Of a stretch of 64,000 nt of DNA, positions 28,050 to 37,279 are shown in pieces; within the stretch, counting starts at the first letter, position 1, and every line of letters starts with the position of its first letter. The notes beneath the pieces were generated by a model, which worked only from the letters and a program-made list of their open reading frames with translations, did not search any database and was not told the origin of the DNA. The stretch comes from Candidatus Latescibacterota bacterium (GTDB taxonomy: Bacteria > Latescibacterota > UBA2968 > GCA-2709665): assembly GCA_965208835.1 (NCBI GenBank), contig OZ242358.1, positions 2,688,001 through 2,752,000 on the forward strand, given 5' to 3'. Made by a program: the position numbers and the translations under genes.

Positions 28050-28316
28050 TTAAAGTCCGCCACTGATGGCGGTAACAAAGTGAACCTCGCTCTCCTCCGC
28101 TACCCTCTGACGCATGCCGTCGTTGCCGACCACGCCGTCGATGGCAACCGCCAGACCGGGCCTGATACGGCCATCTTCGCAGATTCGCTCGGTGATTCCG
28201 GGAAACCGTGCTTCAAGGTTCTCAATAACCTCCCGTACCGTCTCGCCGGGAACCTGAACCTGCTCCTGGCCGTGGGTGAGACTGCGCATAAGGGACGGTA
28301 TCCAGACCTCTGGCAT
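28050..28316 (-). CDS. MoaD/ThiS family sulfur carrier
   Basis: Beta-grasp signature; C-terminus AISGGL, with one residue after the diglycine. Confidence 0.9.
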   Translation of the reverse strand: MPEVWIPSLMRSLTHGQEQVQVPGETVREVIENLEARFPGITERICEDGRIRPGLAVAIDGVVGNDGMRQRVAEESEVHFVTAISGGL

Positions 28317-28319
28317 GGC

Positions 28320-30623
28320 TCACCCTCTCCCGTTGCCTCCGCCGTTTTTCTCAATGAGTGTTTTCAAGACACGGCCCGGTGACATGGGCAGGTCGCGCAA
28401 ACGCACGCCCACGGCATCGTAGATCGCATTCGCCACGGCGGCGGGCGGCGGGACAATTGGTACTTCCCCCACGCCACGCACGCCGTACGGGTGGCCCGGA
28501 TTGGGAACTTCCACGATTATCGTCTCGATCATCGGCAGGTCCAGGCAGGTGGGCATCCGGTAGTCCAGAAGGCTGGCGTTTACAAGGTCGCCTTCTTCGT
28601 TGTAGAAATATTCTTCGTTCAATGCCCATCCGATACCCTGCGCCACGCCGCCCTGCATCTGTCCTTCGACGTACGAGGGATGTATGGCTTTACCCGCATC
28701 CTGTACGATGGTTACCCTGAGTATGTCCACCTTCCCGGTATCGGGATCGACTTCCACGTCCACGACCATGACGGCGTACGCCGGACCCGCCGCCTTTCCC
28801 GCCACTGCCGCCCGACCGACCACGGGGCCGCCCGTCGCGCCCAGCTTACCCGCCAGTTCGGTAAACGTGATGGATTTCTCGGGCGCCGACCTGGATTTGA
28901 AAACACCGCCGTCAAACACCACGTCGTCCTCAGATATCTCCCACAATCTCGCCGCCCTCGCCTCCATCTGACGTTTCGCGTCGACTGCGGCTTCGTATCC
29001 CGCCCAGCCCGTGGCAAACGTCACCCTGCTGCCGCCGGTGCCGTCTGTCTGTCCGATGGCGTCGGTGTCCACCACCATTGGTTTTACCTGGGCTGCAGGG
29101 ATGCCCAGTACCTCCGCAACCTGCATTGCAATGGACGTACGCGTACCCCCGATATCGGGTGAGCCTTCGACCAGGCTGACCGTGCCGTCGGCGTTTACGC
29201 TGACCACAACCGTCGAAGTTCCGCCTCCATTGAACCAGAAGCCGGAAGCCACACCCCGACCCCGGTTGGGTCCGTCGAGTCTGGATTGGTAGTGGTCTGA
29301 CCCCTTCGCCGCTTTCACGCATTCGTCGTGGCCGATCCGGGGAAAGACGGGACCGTCCGCCCGCCGGCTGCCTTCCCTGGCGGAATTATTCAGGCGAAAT
29401 TCCAGGGGATCGGCGTCGAGAATCTCGCAAATCTCGTCGATGACCGTCTCCGCCGCGAATGCGCCATTGGTCGCCCCGGGCGCACGATATGCCGAGGTCT
29501 GTGGCTTGTTCACGACCACGTCGTACCCATCAATAACCACATTGGGAATGTCGTAAGGAGAAAAAATACAGCCGGCGCCTGCGCCCACCGGCGATCCGGG
29601 ATAGGCACCGGCCTCGTAGGCGAGATACGCCTTTGCCGCGACCAGACTGCCGTCGTTCGTCGCGCCCATCTTCACTTTCATGTAGGAACCCGGCGTCGGC
29701 CCCGTAGCCTTGAGGACCTCCGTCCGGCTCATTACCATCTTGACGGGCTTGCCCGTCATCCTGGACATCACGGCGGCCGTCGGTTCCTCGTAGACGCGGA
29801 ACTTGCCGCCGAACCCGCCGCCGATCTCCGCGGGCACCACCCGGACCCTGGAGGCGGGCACTCCCAATACGACCGCGACCTGGTCTCGTACCTCGAACGG
29901 CCCCTGCGTGCTCGTCCAGATGGTGATCTGATCGTCCAGATTCCAATAAGCCGTCGCGTTATGGGGTTCTATGTACCCCTGATGTACCGTCTGGGTGCTG
30001 AACTCCCGTTCAACCACGACATCGGCTTCGGCGAATCCACGCTCGATGTCGCCAAGGGAATGCTGGAAATGACTGGCGACGTTTCCGGACTTATCCGTCG
30101 TCTGACCCAGTGATTTCATTCTCATGTTTTCGTGCAGGATGGGCGCGCCGTCTTCCATGGCGGGACGGACGTCCAGCACGGGCTCCAGAACGTCGTATTC
30201 CACACGAATCAGTTCCAGGGCTTCCTCGGCAATATGGGACGTGGTTGCCGCGACAGCAGCGACCGCATGCCCCTCGTAAAGGACTTTGTCCGAAGCCAGC
30301 ACGTTTTTTATGAGGTCGGGAAGGTTTACGGACTCCTCCCCGATGGCGGCCACCTTGTCCTCGTAGTGCTGCGCGAGGTCGGCCCCCGTTATGACGGCCT
30401 TCACGCCCGGAAGGGCTTCGGCGGCGCTCGTATCGACGGATAGAATGCGGGCGTGCGCATGCGGGCTGCGAAGGGTTTTACCGATCAACACACCCGACGT
30501 ATGGGTATCCGCTCCGTACTTCGCACGGCCCGTTACCTTATCCGTGCCGTCGTGGCGAATCGGACGAGTACCCACCACGCTGTAGCTATCGATGCCAAGA
30601 TAATCTTCGGCTTTCGTGGCCAT
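28320..30623 (-). CDS. Xanthine dehydrogenase family molybdopterin-binding subunit (paralog 2)
   Basis: KVTGRAKY, LRSPHAHA, HQGYIEP, GGGFGGK, AYRAPG, EGQMQGG and RGVGE motifs. Confidence 0.95.
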   Translation of the reverse strand: MATKAEDYLGIDSYSVVGTRPIRHDGTDKVTGRAKYGADTHTSGVLIGKTLRSPHAHARILSVDTSAAEALPGVKAVITGADLAQHYEDKVAAIGEESVNLPDLIKNVLASDKVLYEGHAVAAVAATTSHIAEEALELIRVEYDVLEPVLDVRPAMEDGAPILHENMRMKSLGQTTDKSGNVASHFQHSLGDIERGFAEADVVVEREFSTQTVHQGYIEPHNATAYWNLDDQITIWTSTQGPFEVRDQVAVVLGVPASRVRVVPAEIGGGFGGKFRVYEEPTAAVMSRMTGKPVKMVMSRTEVLKATGPTPGSYMKVKMGATNDGSLVAAKAYLAYEAGAYPGSPVGAGAGCIFSPYDIPNVVIDGYDVVVNKPQTSAYRAPGATNGAFAAETVIDEICEILDADPLEFRLNNSAREGSRRADGPVFPRIGHDECVKAAKGSDHYQSRLDGPNRGRGVASGFWFNGGGTSTVVVSVNADGTVSLVEGSPDIGGTRTSIAMQVAEVLGIPAAQVKPMVVDTDAIGQTDGTGGSRVTFATGWAGYEAAVDAKRQMEARAARLWEISEDDVVFDGGVFKSRSAPEKSITFTELAGKLGATGGPVVGRAAVAGKAAGPAYAVMVVDVEVDPDTGKVDILRVTIVQDAGKAIHPSYVEGQMQGGVAQGIGWALNEEYFYNEEGDLVNASLLDYRMPTCLDLPMIETIIVEVPNPGHPYGVRGVGEVPIVPPPAAVANAIYDAVGVRLRDLPMSPGRVLKTLIEKNGGGNGRG

Positions 30624-30687
30624 TGTGATCAACTCTCCCGAAGTTGGCGCACCGCGCTCCTGTGCGGGGCACGCACACGGAACCTAC

Positions 30688-32967
30688 CTATGATCCGTTT
30701 TCATTCCACAGCGCTTTCAGGACGTTTCCAGGAGACATCGGTAACACGTTCATCCGGATCCCCGCGGAACGGTAGATGGCATTGGCGAGAGCGGCCGGCG
30801 GCGGGACAATTGGCGCTTCTCCCACACCGCGCACACCGTAGGGATGACCGGGATTGGGAACTTCCACAATAATGGTTTCAATCATCGGAAGGTCCAGGCA
30901 GGTGGGCATCCGGTAATCAAGCAGGCTGGCGTTTGTCAATTCACCCTTGTTGTTGTACCAATACTCTTCGTTCAGGCCCCAGCCGATCCCCTGCGCCGCG
31001 CCCCCCTGCATCTGGCCCTCCACGTATGCGGGATGGATGGCCTTGCCCGCGTCCTGCACCATCGTGACCCTGAGAATGTCCACCTTGCCCGTATCCGGAT
31101 CGGTTTCGACGTCGGCGATCATCAGCGAGAATGCGCCGCCCACTCCCTGCGGATCGACGGTCGCACGCCCGACGACAGGACCGCCGGTCTCATTGAGTTT
31201 TCCAGCCAATTCTTTGAATGTCAAGGATTTCGACGGATCGGACCTGGATTTGAACGTGCCGTCTTCAAAGGCCACGTCGTCCGACGGAATCTCCCAGTAT
31301 TTCGCGGCACGCTCGACCATTTGGGCGATGATGTCCTGTGCTGCATTGTAGGCAGCCCAGCCCGTTGCGAAGGTGACCCGGCTGCCGCCGGTCACGTCGG
31401 TCTCCCCCACGCCGTCGGTATCGGCCACCACCGGATTCACGTCTTCCGCGGGAATGCCCAGCGGCTCGGCGAGCTGCATGGCCACGGACGTCCGGGTACC
31501 GCCGATATCGGTGGACCCTTCGACCAGGCTTACGGTGCCATCCGTATTTACAGACGCACACGCGCTGGACTTGAGACCCACGTTGAACCAGAAGCCGGAA
31601 GCCACGCCGCGACCCCGGTTTTTCCCCTCCAGGGACGCGTTGTAGTGTTCGCTCGTCATTGCTGCCTTCAACACTTCCTCGTGTCCGATACGGGGAAAGG
31701 TTGGACCGTCGGCCCTGCGCGTACCTTCTTTCGCCGTGTTCTTCAGGCGGAATTCAAGCGGGTCCTCGCCAAGCTTCTCGCAGATTTCGTCGACGATGGT
31801 CTCGGATGCAAAAGCCGCGTTCGTGGCACCCGGCGCCCTGTAAGCCATCGTCTGCGGCTTATTTACAACAACGTTGTACCCGTCGATGACCACGTTCTCG
31901 ATATCGTAGGGAGCGAAGATGCACATGGCGCCGGGTTCGGCCCACGCTCCGGCGAATCCACCCGACTCGTAGGCCAGGTAGGCCTCTGCAGCCACCAGTT
32001 TACCTTCGTTTGTGGCCCCCATCTTGACCCGAATGTAAGACCCGGGCGTGGGCCCGGTGGCCTTTAATACCTCGTCGCGGTTCATCACCATTTTCACCGG
32101 ATGGCCGGACTTTTTCGAAAGTACAGCGGCAACAGGTTCCAGGTAAACCCTGATCTTGCCGCCGAATCCACCGCCGATTTCGGTGGGGATCACCCGGATA
32201 TTCACAGGCGATATCTGCAGCAGACCCGCCAGCTGCTCGCGCACCGTAAACGATCCCTGGGTGCTGCACCAGACCGTAAGACGCCCGTCGGGGTTCCAGA
32301 GCGCCGTGGCATTCTGGGGTTCGATGTATCCCTGGTGCACCGTGTCGGTTACGAATTCCCTTTCGATGACCACGTCGGCCTTTGCGAAGCCCGATTCGAT
32401 ATCGCCCAGCTTGTGCTGAAAGTGCGTGGCGACATTGCTTGGCTTTCCAGTGTCTTCGCCCAGCGACTCCGTAGTGAGGGAATCATGCAGAAGCGGCGAT
32501 TCCGGATTCATTGCCTCCCGTACGTCGAGCAGAGGCTCCAGGACCTCGTATTCCACGTCGATCAGCCCCAGCGCCTCCTCCGCGATATGCGGGCTGGTTG
32601 CGGCCACGGCCGCCACCGCATGGCCGTCGTAGACTGCCTTTCCGTCGGCAAGCACGTTGGCGCGCAGGTCCACCATATTCGCCGCGCCTTCTCCCAGGTC
32701 CTCCACCTTCTTCTCGGGTACGGGAATGTCGTCGACGGTGGCAATGGCCCTGACGCCGTCGAGCGCTTCGGCCTTTCCGGTATTGATGGATAAAATGCGC
32801 GCGTGAGCATGAGGACTTCGCAATACTTTTCCGTAGATCAGGCCGGCCATCCGGACGTCGGCTCCATATATCGCACGCCCCGTAACCTTGTCCACGCCAT
32901 CGTGCCTGATCGGCCTGGTGCCCAGCACCTTGTACTCCTGAATTCCGAGATAGTCCTCAGTTGGCAT
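30688..32967 (-). CDS. Xanthine dehydrogenase family molybdopterin-binding subunit (paralog 1)
   Basis: Same motif set as paralog 2; the ATG at 32967 overlaps the stop of the Fe-S subunit (TGATG). Confidence 0.95.
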   Translation of the reverse strand: MPTEDYLGIQEYKVLGTRPIRHDGVDKVTGRAIYGADVRMAGLIYGKVLRSPHAHARILSINTGKAEALDGVRAIATVDDIPVPEKKVEDLGEGAANMVDLRANVLADGKAVYDGHAVAAVAATSPHIAEEALGLIDVEYEVLEPLLDVREAMNPESPLLHDSLTTESLGEDTGKPSNVATHFQHKLGDIESGFAKADVVIEREFVTDTVHQGYIEPQNATALWNPDGRLTVWCSTQGSFTVREQLAGLLQISPVNIRVIPTEIGGGFGGKIRVYLEPVAAVLSKKSGHPVKMVMNRDEVLKATGPTPGSYIRVKMGATNEGKLVAAEAYLAYESGGFAGAWAEPGAMCIFAPYDIENVVIDGYNVVVNKPQTMAYRAPGATNAAFASETIVDEICEKLGEDPLEFRLKNTAKEGTRRADGPTFPRIGHEEVLKAAMTSEHYNASLEGKNRGRGVASGFWFNVGLKSSACASVNTDGTVSLVEGSTDIGGTRTSVAMQLAEPLGIPAEDVNPVVADTDGVGETDVTGGSRVTFATGWAAYNAAQDIIAQMVERAAKYWEIPSDDVAFEDGTFKSRSDPSKSLTFKELAGKLNETGGPVVGRATVDPQGVGGAFSLMIADVETDPDTGKVDILRVTMVQDAGKAIHPAYVEGQMQGGAAQGIGWGLNEEYWYNNKGELTNASLLDYRMPTCLDLPMIETIIVEVPNPGHPYGVRGVGEAPIVPPPAALANAIYRSAGIRMNVLPMSPGNVLKALWNENGS

Positions 32968-33449
32968 CAGGCCGTCTCCTTCATCGTTCCGGCGGTGTCC
33001 ATCACCGCTCGGACGATCTTGTCGTATCCGGTGCACCGGCAGAGATTCCCTGCCAGCCACAGTCGAATCCGATGCTCGTCGGGTTCCGGTTCCCGATCGA
33101 GCAGCGCCTTCGCCGCCACGATAAACCCGGGCGTACATACACCGCACTGAAGCGCCGCATGTTCCAAGAACTTCTGCTGCAACGGATGCAGGCCCTCCGC
33201 GGTGGCCACCCCTTCAATTGTTGTGATTTCGCAGCCCTGTGCCTCAACCCCAAGCGCCAGGCAGGAGTTGATCACGCGTCCGTCGACGATGACGCTGCAG
33301 GCGCCGCAGTTGCCGTTCCCGCAACCCTCTTTGGCGCCGGTGAGACCCAGGTTGTCGCGAATCACCTCCAGCAGCGTATCGCGTGGTTCACACAGGAAAT
33401 CCGTTTCTTCTCCATTGATCGTCGTTGTGACATGAACTTTGCCGGCCAT
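32967..33449 (-). CDS. 2Fe-2S small subunit (CoxS/XdhC-like)
   Basis: GCGNGNCGAC, QCGVCTPG and NLCRCTGY motifs. Confidence 0.96.
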   Translation of the reverse strand: MAGKVHVTTTINGEETDFLCEPRDTLLEVIRDNLGLTGAKEGCGNGNCGACSVIVDGRVINSCLALGVEAQGCEITTIEGVATAEGLHPLQQKFLEHAALQCGVCTPGFIVAAKALLDREPEPDEHRIRLWLAGNLCRCTGYDKIVRAVMDTAGTMKETA

Positions 33450-33501
33450 CTTTTGCGGACTCCTTTATTCGCGAATGATCGGAAGATTCCTGAGACGTAG
33501 A

Positions 33502-34371
33502 CTATCGGGCGCGTTCCACCGCGCCGCAAACTGCGCGCTTGGTGAGGACGCCCGCCAGGTGAACCCTTTGCTCTATGGTCCCGCGCATGTCCGTAATGGG
33601 TCTGGCGGACTGCCGGGCGATCTCGGCCGCCATTTCGATCGATTGATCCGATACCTCGCTGCCGGCAAGTGCGGCCCCTGCCGCGGGCAGGTAAAGCGGG
33701 ATGGGCGCCACGGCGCCAACGGCGATCCGGGCGGACTCAAACGTGTTCTTCCCGGCGTTCAACACCACGGATGCCGCGGCGTTGACAACGGCGATGTCCA
33801 TTTCGTTGCGGGGAATGAACCGGAGGAAATACGCCCCGGAGTTCGCCGCGGGAGGTGGAAAATGTACAGAAACGAGGAATTCGCCGTCCTGCAGCACCGT
33901 CTGCCCCGGTGCCGTGCAGAAGTCCTCCACGGCGACCTCTCTTTCTCCCGCCGGGCCTGCGATCCTCGCGGTGGCCCCCAGAACGATGAGCGTTGGAATC
34001 GTATCCGCCGCGGGGGACGCATTGCAAAGGTTTCCACCGATCGTCGCCCGACCCTGGATCTGGATGGATCCGATGAGTTCCGTCGAATCCACGAGCGCCG
34101 GGTAATTCGACGCGACATGCTCGTTCTCGTAGATGTCGCAGCAGGACACCCCTGCGCCGATCGTCAATCCCTTCCGGGCGTCGAACGCGAGCTCGTTAGC
34201 CGCGGGAATTTTCTTTACATCCACCAGCACCTTCACCTGCCGCCGCCCCTCTTTCAACTGTGCAATGATGTCGGAACCACCGGCCAACATCCTGGCATCA
34301 GACCCGTTTTCCGAGAGTACGGCGACGGCTTCGTCTACAGATTGTGGCGCTACGTAATCGAACGCATACAA
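33502..34371 (-). CDS. FAD-binding medium subunit (CoxM-like)
   Basis: AGGSD, ATIGGNLCNASPAAD and PITDMRGT motifs; TTG start at 34371 with AGGAGG upstream. Confidence 0.94.
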   Translation of the reverse strand: MYAFDYVAPQSVDEAVAVLSENGSDARMLAGGSDIIAQLKEGRRQVKVLVDVKKIPAANELAFDARKGLTIGAGVSCCDIYENEHVASNYPALVDSTELIGSIQIQGRATIGGNLCNASPAADTIPTLIVLGATARIAGPAGEREVAVEDFCTAPGQTVLQDGEFLVSVHFPPPAANSGAYFLRFIPRNEMDIAVVNAAASVVLNAGKNTFESARIAVGAVAPIPLYLPAAGAALAGSEVSDQSIEMAAEIARQSARPITDMRGTIEQRVHLAGVLTKRAVCGAVERAR

Positions 34372-34400
34372 GGTTCGTTCCTCCTGTACTGATGACTCAA

Positions 34401-34430
34401 CAGCCCGTTGAAAAAGCCCGGGATTGCGGC
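34401..34430 (+). repeat. Terminal fragment of the inverted-repeat element
   Basis: CAGCCCGTTGAAAAAGCCC is identical to the reverse complement of the right end of the 58181-58300 copy, and is followed by GGGATTGCGGC. Confidence 0.72.
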
Positions 34431-34432
34431 TA

Positions 34433-34461
34433 AGGATAAAGCCTCTTTCGCGTGATGTCAA
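34433..34461 (-). promoter_or_regulatory. Sigma-70 promoter of the molybdoenzyme operon
   Basis: TTGACA-17 nt-TATCCT on the minus strand. Confidence 0.65.
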
Positions 34462-34557
34462 GGGTTTTCCGGGCGCCCGATACGGTCCGCCCAGCCACCG
34501 TGCGCATGGCGGCCGGAACTCCATTTCCCGGCGCGAAACCACACGACCTCTGGCGCC

Positions 34558-35685
34558 TCAAGCCGCCGGGACGGCCGTCTTCGCGCCACTGGCGGACAAC
34601 ACCGTATATCCGTTTCGGGATACCACCTGATCCACCGCGTTGAAAACTCGCTTCATCGGTTTGAGGTACAGGCCCGGACGCATCGCGACGACCGCGAATC
34701 GCCCCTTCGGTTCGAGGTGTCGGGCGGCGCCCTGGACGAATCGCCGTGCCGTTGCCGCTCCCTCATGGGTGGGCCCGTTGCACAGGATGAGATCAAAGAC
34801 CCGACCCGAAACGGCTTCGAATCCGTCGCTGAGGGAAACCCGAGCGTTCGCCAGCCCGTTCCGGGCGATATTTCGCCTTGCGCAGCGAACCGCAAGCAGG
34901 TTGGAATCGAGCAACCGCACTTCGCGCGCCCGTTTCCCGGCCGCGATGCCGATCGCGCCGTAACCGCAACCCAGATCGAGTACGAGATCGCCAGCGTTGG
35001 CGTCGACCGCTTCAATCAGAATCCGGGTGCCAGGATCCAGTCCTCGACTCGAAAAGACGCCCGCAGACGCCTCAAACGTGCAAGTGCCCCCAGGCATATC
35101 CGCTACTTCGAAGACATGCGACGCGATCACCGGATGCGCGCCGTTTGCGGGAGTGCACTTGTCCGACCGGTACACGCGAAAACCCGATTTCGACGTCGCC
35201 GTTTCAACCCGCCCGAAGACCGCCTCCAGGCGGCGGCGATAGCTCTCCACGCCCGCATTGCGCCGTCCGGCCAGCAGGAAACGTCCGTGCATGGCCATTT
35301 TCCCGAACGCCGCATCGATGAGTTCGAACACACGCGCCTTGGACTCCCATCGGGCGGGAGCGTAAAGAACCGCGTCGAAGCACGGGCCGGCGAGGACCGC
35401 CGGCGACACTTCGAGCCAGGCGCACGCATTGTCCAGCGCCATTTGCCGGATCGCGTCCTCGCAAATCCTGATGGCGCGCAGGTCGGGACTAACGAAATGG
35501 ATACCGGCGGCGTCCAGTTCGAGCCCGGTGGGACGCCCGGCCATTCCCAGATCCAGAACGCGTTCGTGGGGTTCGACTGCCGCAGCCGCGAGCAATGCGG
35601 AGGCTTCCTGAGTCCGGAGTTTTCGGAATCTATCGATGAGCCGTCCATTCGATTTCGACGTCGGGTGCGGTACGGACCGGCACAA
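34558..35685 (-). CDS. RsmC/MTS-family SAM methyltransferase (two-domain)
   Basis: GVFSSRGLDPGT, LDLGCGYGAIG and SDG motifs; degenerate N-terminal domain; NGPT in place of NPPF. Start uncertain. Confidence 0.82.
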   Translation of the reverse strand: MCRSVPHPTSKSNGRLIDRFRKLRTQEASALLAAAAVEPHERVLDLGMAGRPTGLELDAAGIHFVSPDLRAIRICEDAIRQMALDNACAWLEVSPAVLAGPCFDAVLYAPARWESKARVFELIDAAFGKMAMHGRFLLAGRRNAGVESYRRRLEAVFGRVETATSKSGFRVYRSDKCTPANGAHPVIASHVFEVADMPGGTCTFEASAGVFSSRGLDPGTRILIEAVDANAGDLVLDLGCGYGAIGIAAGKRAREVRLLDSNLLAVRCARRNIARNGLANARVSLSDGFEAVSGRVFDLILCNGPTHEGAATARRFVQGAARHLEPKGRFAVVAMRPGLYLKPMKRVFNAVDQVVSRNGYTVLSASGAKTAVPAA

Positions 35686-35692
35686 TGGCTTC

Positions 35693-35740
35693 TTGACAAC
35701 AGGCGGTGAGTCACATATATTAATCTAGACTGTCTAGATT
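35693..35740 (+). promoter_or_regulatory. Toxin-antitoxin promoter with palindromic operator
   Basis: TTGACA (35693)-17 nt-TATATT (35716), then the perfect inverted repeat AATCTAGAC-T-GTCTAGATT (35722-35740). Confidence 0.8.
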
Positions 35741-35760
35741 TTTAAACAGGAGGATAATTG

Positions 35761-36012
35761 ATGAATACAGTTTGGGCGTTACAGGATGCCAAGAATCGAT
35801 TGAGCGAGGTGGTGAACAGTGCTGTCCGAGAAGGCCCTCAAACGATCACCCGCCGAGGCAAAGAAACGGCCGTCGTGATTTCCATTGAAGACTTTCAGCA
35901 ACTTACGACATCCCCGGGCTCTCTGGTTTCCTTCTTCCGCAATTCCCCCCTGTCCGGTTCGGCCCTTGACCTGGAAAGGAATCCGGATGACGGACGGGAG
36001 GTTGTTCTATGA
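35761..36012 (+). CDS. Phd/YefM family antitoxin
   Basis: WALQDAKNRLSEVV...GPQTITRRG...AVV; AGGAGG Shine-Dalgarno. Confidence 0.93.
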   Translation: MNTVWALQDAKNRLSEVVNSAVREGPQTITRRGKETAVVISIEDFQQLTTSPGSLVSFFRNSPLSGSALDLERNPDDGREVVL

Positions 36013-36443
36013 GATACCTGCTCGACACCTGCGTCATTTCGGAAGTCGTGAAAAAGGCGCCTTCAAGCAAGGTAACGCAGTGGCTGGAACGGCAGGACGA
36101 GCTTTCGCTGTTTCTGAGCGTCATCACCTTCGGCGAACTACATAAGGGCATCGGACAATTGCGGACAGGGCGGAAACAGCGGGAACTGCATGATTGGGTC
36201 GAGGGCCAGCTGAGCAGGCGATTTACTGGACGAATTCTGGACATCGACAAGGACGTTGCCGTCCGTTGGGGCGAGATCTCGGCGGCGGCCGGAAGGGTCG
36301 GTCGAAATGTACCCGTACTGGACGGTCTGTTGGCTGCAACCGCCCTGACTTTCGGTTTGACGTTTGTCACGCGAAACACCGATCGCGTCCTTGAAACCGG
36401 TGTTCGTCTGCTCGATCCCTGGGAAACAGGATTCCCGCAATAG
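36009..36443 (+). CDS. vapC: PIN-domain VapC toxin
   Basis: YLLDTCVISE, GEL..G, DGLLAATA and VTRN motifs; ATGA overlap with the antitoxin. Confidence 0.93.
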   Translation: MRYLLDTCVISEVVKKAPSSKVTQWLERQDELSLFLSVITFGELHKGIGQLRTGRKQRELHDWVEGQLSRRFTGRILDIDKDVAVRWGEISAAAGRVGRNVPVLDGLLAATALTFGLTFVTRNTDRVLETGVRLLDPWETGFPQ

Positions 36444-36460
36444 GTCTCGACGCGAAGGGT

Positions 36461-37279
36461 TTACCCACTGCGCTTGAGGCGCCCCGTCCGCTTGGCGTAC
36501 ACCTCAGCCACGTGGAAGATCCACAGTCCCAGGGGAACCATGATTATGCCCGAGACCGTCAGAATAATGAGGTCGCCCTGAACGTCGGCGATACTCGCGT
36601 TGTCGAGCAGGGCCGTCCTGATGGAGCGGAGCGCATAGGTTCCGGGCGAAAAGGTGGATAACGGCCGCAGCCAATCAGGCAGTACCGACACATCGTAGTA
36701 GACCCCTGATATCAGCAGCACCAGCGTTCCGAATATGTCAGTCGCCCGTGCGCCTTTCTCCGGCGAAAGAAGCGGAAATACGGCAGCCATCAGCCCCATT
36801 CCCAGAAACGAGAGACTGGCCGTGGCCAAAACGGCGACCGCCGTGGTCAGATTCGCATCTGACAGGCTCAGATCGAAAAACAAAACGGCCGATACGAGGA
36901 CGATGCCGGACCTGAGAAACCCGTATATGATCGCATATATGCATTGTCCGGCGAGATGCGTAAGCCTGTAGACCGGAGACATAAAGGTGTATTCGATGGT
37001 CCCTTCCCACCGCTCCCAGGCGACGGCGTCAGCGACTTCGAAAAACAGAAGTCGCAGGAAGTTCCATAGCACGGCGCCCACAATCAGGAAGAGCACTGCC
37101 TCCCGCACCTTCTCGGGGTCGTCTCCGCCCATATACACACCGATCAAACCGATCGTCAACGCGTGCACTACGTTCCAGACTACAAAAATCAGTTCCCAGC
37201 TTGCGTATCGCCTCGCGAGATTGAAATTTCGCTCGATAAAGGCTACCGACGCCTTGATCTCGGCCGTCAAGGGGTTCAC
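36461..37279 (-). CDS. ABC-2 type exporter permease
   Basis: Six TM helices, WERWEGTIEY and SGVYY..VLP.WL motifs; GTGA overlap with the ATPase gene. Confidence 0.9.
   Translation of the reverse strand: MNPLTAEIKASVAFIERNFNLARRYASWELIFVVWNVVHALTIGLIGVYMGGDDPEKVREAVLFLIVGAVLWNFLRLLFFEVADAVAWERWEGTIEYTFMSPVYRLTHLAGQCIYAIIYGFLRSGIVLVSAVLFFDLSLSDANLTTAVAVLATASLSFLGMGLMAAVFPLLSPEKGARATDIFGTLVLLISGVYYDVSVLPDWLRPLSTFSPGTYALRSIRTALLDNASIADVQGDLIILTVSGIIMVPLGLWIFHVAEVYAKRTGRLKRSG

Noticed and set aside
28320-32967. Long near-identical stretches suggesting an assembly duplication, or a CO dehydrogenase
   Set aside because: The copies differ at many synonymous and non-synonymous sites, as true paralogs do, and neither has the CoxL AYxCSFR motif.
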